This document shows, in pieces, positions 57,913-64,000 of a stretch of DNA of 64,000 nucleotides. Made by a program: the position numbers and the translations under genes. Location of the stretch: NCBI RefSeq assembly GCF_009914755.1, contig NC_060934.1; one strand, 5' to 3'. Below the pieces are notes generated by a model. It saw only the letters and a list, made by a program, of their open reading frames with translations. It did no database searches and was not told the origin of the DNA. Within the stretch, counting starts at the first letter, position 1, and every line of letters starts with the position of its first letter. Origin of the DNA: the human T2T-CHM13v2.0 reference genome, Homo sapiens.

Positions 57913-58896
57913 ATGCTGGGTGCAGAGGGCAAGAAGGCTGTATGTCTTGGGGGAGCAGGACAGGCAGCTGGGGCTGGACTGAGCCCCAGAGGAAGCAGCT
58001 CAGATTTTAGAAGGAAGTTGCTGAGAACAACCCAGCGGCAGTATTCCTAAAGAGAGATTCTCCCTGAAGGCTGTGGCACCAGCTCTGTGCCTGAGGATCA
58101 CATTTCTAGCTCCTTCTGGTTTCCCTTGTTCAGGTGGTGGGGTGAGGACTTGTGTCGGGGGAGCCAGAGGACTGCTTTGCCCCTCAAGCTACACTGGCCC
58201 CATCTGCAGACATGTGCCTGGTCTCTGTGTCACGTGTGTGTATGGGTGTGTGTGACACACGGGCAGATACCAGGGCCCCACTGCAGAGCACAGACCTCTT
58301 GGGTCGATCCTTGGCTGATGGCCCCTAACTCCCCAGCCCTGGCCTAGTTTCGACCTGAGACTGGGAGCTTGGGCCAAGGAGCTCCCTATTTCCCATGGAG
58401 GCCAAGGAGCCCACCCAAAGTCAGGCTGTGCTTGTTTCTGCCTTGGCCTCTGTGGGAAAGAGGACTCGGAGGGCCCCACACTCCTCCCACACACCTAGCC
58501 CACCTGCATGGCCCTGGGAGGCCCGGGTGATCGCCTCTTACAGTGAAGGAACCTGAACCTCCCAGACTTTCCTAGACACCATGTGACAAACCCACAAGCA
58601 CCAAGCAGCCAGATGTGCCCAGCCCAACAGAGGCAGCTGCGTTAGCCCCATTTTACAGATGCACCTCAGTCAGCTTAAGTCACTTGCCTGGTGTCACACA
58701 GCTTGCAATGGGAGGCAAGGCTGCAGACTCGGTTGTCTGTGCTGCAACCACCACAGGCCCCCTCCTGCCCTGCCTAGTGTTTCACAACTTTCAAGGCCTA
58801 AGGAAGGGGCACCTCCTCCAGAAAGCCCACTCTGATTTTGACCCCCAATAGCACTGAATGTTCCAATTCTGTCCCCAACAGTGGTGCCCTCAAAGG

Positions 58897-59101
58897 AGCT
58901 GTCCAGTAGAATTCTCCGGGGTAATGGAAATAGTCTCTATCTGTCCTGTCCAGTATGGTACCACTGGCCACAGTGGCGCTGAGCACTCAAACACTGAATT
59001 GTGACCAGTATGACTCAAACACTGAATTTTTCATTTTGTTTAATTAAGACTTAGATTTAAAGAGCCACCGTGGCTACTGGCTACTTTATTGGACAGTACA
59101 G
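58897..59101 (+). mobile_element. MER3 hAT-Charlie MITE
   Basis: gctgtccagtagaa...atggaaat...ctgaatttttcatttt...gtggctactggctactttattggacagtacag, with inverted termini. Confidence 0.8.
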
Positions 59102-60709
59102 TCCAGACTCTGACATGGTATGGCCAGAAGGTTTGCTTGGCTCCCATGGTGCGTGTGTGCATGTGTGTGTATGTGTCTCTCTGTGTGTGTGTAGCTGCCT
59201 AGGTTCAAATCCCAGCTCTGCCAGACAGATTATTTAGGGTCTCTGTCTTCATTTATAAAGTGCAGAGACTGAAATGATCCACCTAATTGGATTGCTGGGG
59301 GATAAACAAGTTAATACACATAAAGTCCCCCGTGCACAGTCAGGCTCAGTAACAGGGAGCGCATACACAGATCCTCCACCTGCTCCAGCTCCACCTGCCA
59401 GTCACAGGGCCCTGCTGCCAGCACTGGTTCACCCTCGAGAGGGGAGAGGGAGGGACTCTGGAAGAGCTGTGACTTGCAGGGGAAATGACAGAACCACCTG
59501 GGACAGAATGGGCTTGGCCAAAGGAGGGCACTGAGAGAAGGAGCCAGGAAGGTGGGGGCGGTGGCCACTGGAGGAGGAGCAGCATGGGAAGAAGCAGGGA
59601 CACGGGCCTGGCTGGCCTCAGGGGGAGGGGGGAGCAAGGCTTGGGGTGTCTGTACAGAGATGAAGAAACCCAGGCTCTGCAGGGTAAAGCCACTTTGCTG
59701 AGACCACACTGGTGGCTGGTGGCTGGCAGCACTGGGGATGGCAGAGCTGGGGACTTCCAGGTCCATCTGAATGACTGTTATCACTTTCACATTCCCCCAG
59801 AATCCCTTGCTGCTGCCAGGCTGACGGGTCTCCCCAGAGGCGACAGGAGTGACAGCCAAGTCTGGATCCCCCTCGATGCTGGACCAAGAGGCTGACTTAA
59901 TGAGCCTGTTCCACAGAGGGCAGTGGCTGCCATGCTCCTCACAGCAGGCACTCAAAACGCAGGACAAACGGGCTCCTGGCCAAGGGCCTGTGTGCCCAGG
60001 GATGGGTGGCTCCTGGGCTAGCCTGGTTGCAGGGCGGCCTGGGGGCTTCCCCAGGGTCTGCCAGAGCATACATGTAAAGGACGGGGTCTAGGGAGGAGTC
60101 CTGTAAGATGCCAAACCAGGGCCATCCCAGCCTGTGAGGCCCGAGACATGGGTTCCAGGCCTGGCTGTCTGAGCAGGCAGCATGACCTGGGTGGTGGCAG
60201 CCCTCTCTGTGCCTTAGTTTCCCTGATTGGGCTTTTGCAAAGAGGCCTCCAGCTCCAGGCTCACAGGACAAGCCTGTGTCCTGCTTGTAGCAGGGGGGCC
60301 ATCCAGGAACCCTAGGTAATACCTAGGTAATACCTCCATGCTCCCAGCCTTCTCCAGCTGCCTTCCTGTCAACCCTGAATGCTCCTGGGCCAGCTCAGCT
60401 GCAACTACAGTGAGGGCCCTGCCTGCTCACCAGCCTGTCCACTACAGGTCCCAGCAGGCCAGCCGTGGGCCGCCACCTCCATCCTCCACCAAGCAACCTC
60501 TCCTGAGCTTCTACACCAAGGTAAAGCCCCCGAGGTCCCGGAGCAGGCTTGTGCCCATGAACCCCAAAGTATGGTGGCAAACAGGGGGAGGGAAGGGCGG
60601 GCGTGGGCCAGGCCTTGGTGGGAGTCACCACTGAGCAGTTCTCCCCACCGTGAGTGAGCTCTTCTTACCCAAAGGTGGGAGTGGTAGTGCTGCTCTTATT
60701 ATTATTAAT

Positions 60710-60950
60710 ACTATTATTGACAAGAGCACTACATTTGTCAAGCATTTACATTATGCCAGGTGCTAAACTAAACCCTTGACACACATCAGCTCATTTTATC
60801 CTCACTACATGCCTGTGTGGCAGAGTCCCTTACTATCCCCATTTTACAGATGAGAAATGGAGGATCAGAGAGAGCATGTGACTTGCCCAAAGTAACACAG
60901 CTTGTGAGGGATACAGATGGGATTGGAGGCCAACCTGGCTCAGTCTAGTG
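60710..60950 (-). mobile_element. MIR (representative; many more MIR and L2 fragments occur across the window)
   Basis: tatccccattttacagatgagaaatggaggatcagagagagcatgtgacttgcccaaagtaacacagc. Confidence 0.75.
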
Positions 60951-61097
60951 CTCAAATCCTAACCACCACACTGTTCATTTACCACCTTGTGGCTAAGAAG
61001 GACACATAAAATCCAGACAGAAAAGCTAAATGAGGAGTAGGTGGTGAAGAGAAAGGTAAAACGAAGGCAAAGACTCAGGGTCAGAAATACCCAAATG

Positions 61098-61326
61098 ACC
61101 AGCCTGGCCAACATGGTGAAACCCTGTCTACTAAAAATACAAAAATTAGCTGGGTGTGGTGGTGTGCACCAGTAATCCCAGCTACTCAGGAGGCTGAGGC
61201 AGGAGAATCGCTTGAACCTGGGAGGTGGAGGTTGCAGTGAGAGCCAAGATCGTGCCACTGCACTCCAGCCTGGGTGACAGAGCAAGACTCTGTCTCAAAA
61301 AGAAAAAAAAAAAAAAAGAAAGAAAG
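61098..61326 (+). mobile_element. 5'-truncated AluS with 17-bp TSD
   Basis: TSD agaaatacccaaatgac on both sides. Confidence 0.9.
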
Positions 61327-62496
61327 AAATACCCAAATGACATCACTGAGTTCTAGACTCTTCCTTAGGGAGGTCACAACTTCAGGGCTGGCATGAGAAT
61401 GTCCAACAGGAAGAAACCTGGCTGGTGACCCGCACAGTGGGTCACAGTGTCACAGCGTCCATGACCACATGCTCAAGAGATGCACTGTGGTTTCCGATGG
61501 TGATGGAGCATCCCCTCTAGAGCACCTGCAGCTGTCAAGCTTCCTGGGCTGCCTCCTGGTGGTTCTGCCGCTGGTGTGGCTGCTCAGTGGGTCAGTGGCT
61601 GGACTGGAGGAGCCTGAGGATGGCCTGGCCTCACCAGGGCTGGTTTTACAGCCTCCTCTCAGCAGAGGTTTTTTAAGTTCTGGGGGCAGTGATGCCGGAC
61701 CAATGCTGTCCTGGGCCCCAGCTCCCAGCCTAATACACTTTCTGGCACCCCCCCAAACCTTGTTCTAGCAGAGCACTGGATTATTTTCCTGTGTGGCTGT
61801 CACCATTGCCTTTATATTTTTGCCATTGCCTTGTTTGTTGTCTATTTCTTCCCCTCAACAGTAGGCTCCCTGAGAGCAGGAACTGTGTGTGTCTTGCCAG
61901 GCCCAGCACAGGGCTGGTTATAATCGTGTTTCCTGAATAAATGCACGAATTCCCTGACAACCAGTAACCAAGCTCAGGGCTGCCGGATGGTCTCAAGAGG
62001 CTGGTCAGACGCTGCTAACACCATCCCGAGCATCCTCCACCTGTTCTCAATCCCTGCCTGGCAGGATAGGCAGACCCTGCATCTCTGCTCTCCCCTCCTT
62101 TCCCCCCCGAGTAGAGCTCAGTGGAAGTGCCACTTCCTCCAGGAGGTCATCCCTGATTGTCACAGATGGGTCAGCAAGTGCAGACAGTACATTTCCTGCC
62201 TATTTATGAGGACGGAATGGCAGCAGCCCGCGGCCTCCTGTGCTCCGTCCTCTGTGACATCACCTTGGTTGTCATGGAAACCACCCTGGCATCACAGTGG
62301 AGCCTGGATGCTCTTGCTAATGTCCTGCACTATTGCCTCACGTGTGTCTCTCTCCTCTGGCAGTTGGACTACAGTGTCTATGGCCTCCTTCACCCCTCTC
62401 CCTGACAGGGCTAAAGTCTGAAAACAGAGTCTTGTACCTAGGAAGTGATACTCCCTGGGTGCTTACTATGTGCTAGCCATGGCACTATATATTTCA

Positions 62497-62944
62497 ATTT
62501 TTTTTTTTTTTTGAGATGGAGTCTAGCTCTGTTGCCCAAGCTGGAGTGCAGAGGTGCGATCTTGGCTCACTGCAACCTCCGCCTCCGGGTTCAAGTGATT
62601 CTCCTGCCTCAGCCTCCAAGTAGTTGGGATTACAGATGCCCGCCAGCCATGCCCAGCTAATTTTTGTATTTTTAGTAGAGATAGGGGTTTCACTGTGTTG
62701 GGCAGGCTGGTCTCGAACTCCTGACCTCGTGATCTGCCTGCCTCAGCCTCCCAAGGTGCTGGGATTATAGGCGTGAGCCACCGCGCCAGGCTGTATTTCA
62801 ATATTTTTAAATTAAAAAACATTTTTTTAGAGACAGGGTCTTGCTATGTTGCCTAGGCTCATCTTGAACTCCTGGCCTCAAGCAATTCTCCTGCCTCAGC
62901 CTCCCAAAGTGCTGGAATTACAGGTGTGAACCACCCGGCCCAGC
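62497..62944 (-). mobile_element. AluS (62497-62792) followed by FLAM/left monomer (62822-62944)
   Basis: Full Alu with poly(T), then a single monomer. Confidence 0.88.
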
Positions 62945-64000
62945 TGCTCACTGTACTTCATGTACATTATTTCAGTTAATCCTTGTAGCCACCCACCAAG
63001 AAGAAGATGCTATCATTACTCCCATGTCCCAGAAGAGGAAGCTGAGGCATAGTCAGTTAAGTCACTAGCCCAGTGGCAGAGCTGGGATTTGACTCCAGTG
63101 CCAGCTGACTCCTAACCATCGTGAGCTTTTGTGTGTGTCTCTCTCTACCTTCCTACCCTCCTGCCCTCCTCTGCTGGGAAATCTCCAAGCCTGCACTCAA
63201 GGTCACCCTGGCCCAGGCTGTCTCCCTCTCCTTTTGCCTCCAAACCCTCCCTCAGCACCCAAGTTCACTTGGAGGCCCAGCTCCCTGGCAGCCTTCCCTG
63301 CACACCCACAGCCCCCACAGTCTCTCTCCCTTTCCAGTGTCCTCCTGCGCTCCTGGCTTGAGCACCTGTGTGGGACCTGCCTGGCCTCCTTAAGCTCAAT
63401 GACTGTCTCTGGTACCCTGATCTGGCTCTTCTGGAACAAGGGACACATGAGCCTGGCCTCCTCCCTGCAGGCCTTCCTGATAACCTTTGTTGGCGCCGAC
63501 CTCAGGCCTTGAGTGAATCACAGTCCTGTCTCCACACTCGTTACAGAAACTCAGCTAGTGACAAAGGGCCTCAGCTCGGGTCCCCAAGCTGGGGTGGGTG
63601 GTGGTGGGGACTTCCTGACCTTCCCTGCGGCTGCCAGGCTCTTTCCTCTGGTTCCTGCAGCACCAACCAGTGGCTCCCTCAGTGGGAGGTTGGAGCCCAG
63701 GCCTCCCCAGGAGAAGGGCACCAGGAAACCCCAGGCAGTCACCCTAAGCACAGTAGGAAACACAGGCTTTTTGGACAGCTCCCTCCGGCTATGTCTGGGG
63801 ATGGCCTGGAGGGAGGGAAAAGGGGTGCATGAATGCCCCAGCACCCCTGCCCCCAGGGAACAGCCTGCAGCCAGGTGCCAGTCCCTGCGAGATGAAGCTC
63901 GTTGACACTGCGCTTGGCAGCCTTGTCTTCCCTGCCCTGTGTCACCTTACTGATGCCTTCTAGTGTCACCTCCAAACTGCTTGAGCCGCAATCCTCAGCC

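Noticed and set aside
58985-59028. Repeat-spacer-repeat as CRISPR-like
   Set aside because: Only two 16-bp copies, inside a mammalian MITE, with no cas genes.
59311-60069. 252-aa minus-strand ORF (also 19068..19670, 32433..33023, 47172..47870)
   Set aside because: No recognisable domain, biased composition, and no pseudogene hallmarks such as a poly(A) tail with TSD.

Overview
Primate (human-type) genomic DNA lying entirely inside SH3PXD2A (TKS5/FISH), which is transcribed on the minus strand. Three coding exons are present: 48376-48404 (29 nt), 23959-24003 (45 nt) and 16336-16467 (132 nt, start of the first SH3 domain). They splice in frame to (E)[68 protein letters not shown](G). Exon numbers 6/7/8 are from my memory of the canonical transcript. 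The rest is intron, rich in Alu, MIR, L2, MLT2 LTRs, hAT MITEs and a 1.2 kb (TCCA)n tract. The main points of interest are these. (1) Each exon has a CpG-rich region upstream, and two have in-frame intronic ATG extensions (MSICCCFFFR- and [24 protein letters not shown]-) that could start PX-less isoforms. In the first, branch point, Kozak context, polypyrimidine tract and a Cys-cluster N-terminus share the same ~35 nt. (2) A perfect 24-bp inverted repeat sits at the edge of the exon-6 island. (3) Five GCAUG (RBFOX) motifs follow the weak-site 45-nt exon. (4) A near-consensus AluYb8 lies beside the exon-8 island. I saw no prokaryote-type system, CRISPR array or foreign DNA, and nearly all ORFs in the supplied track look spurious. 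Repeat subfamily calls are by eye against remembered consensus sequences, with approximate boundaries.
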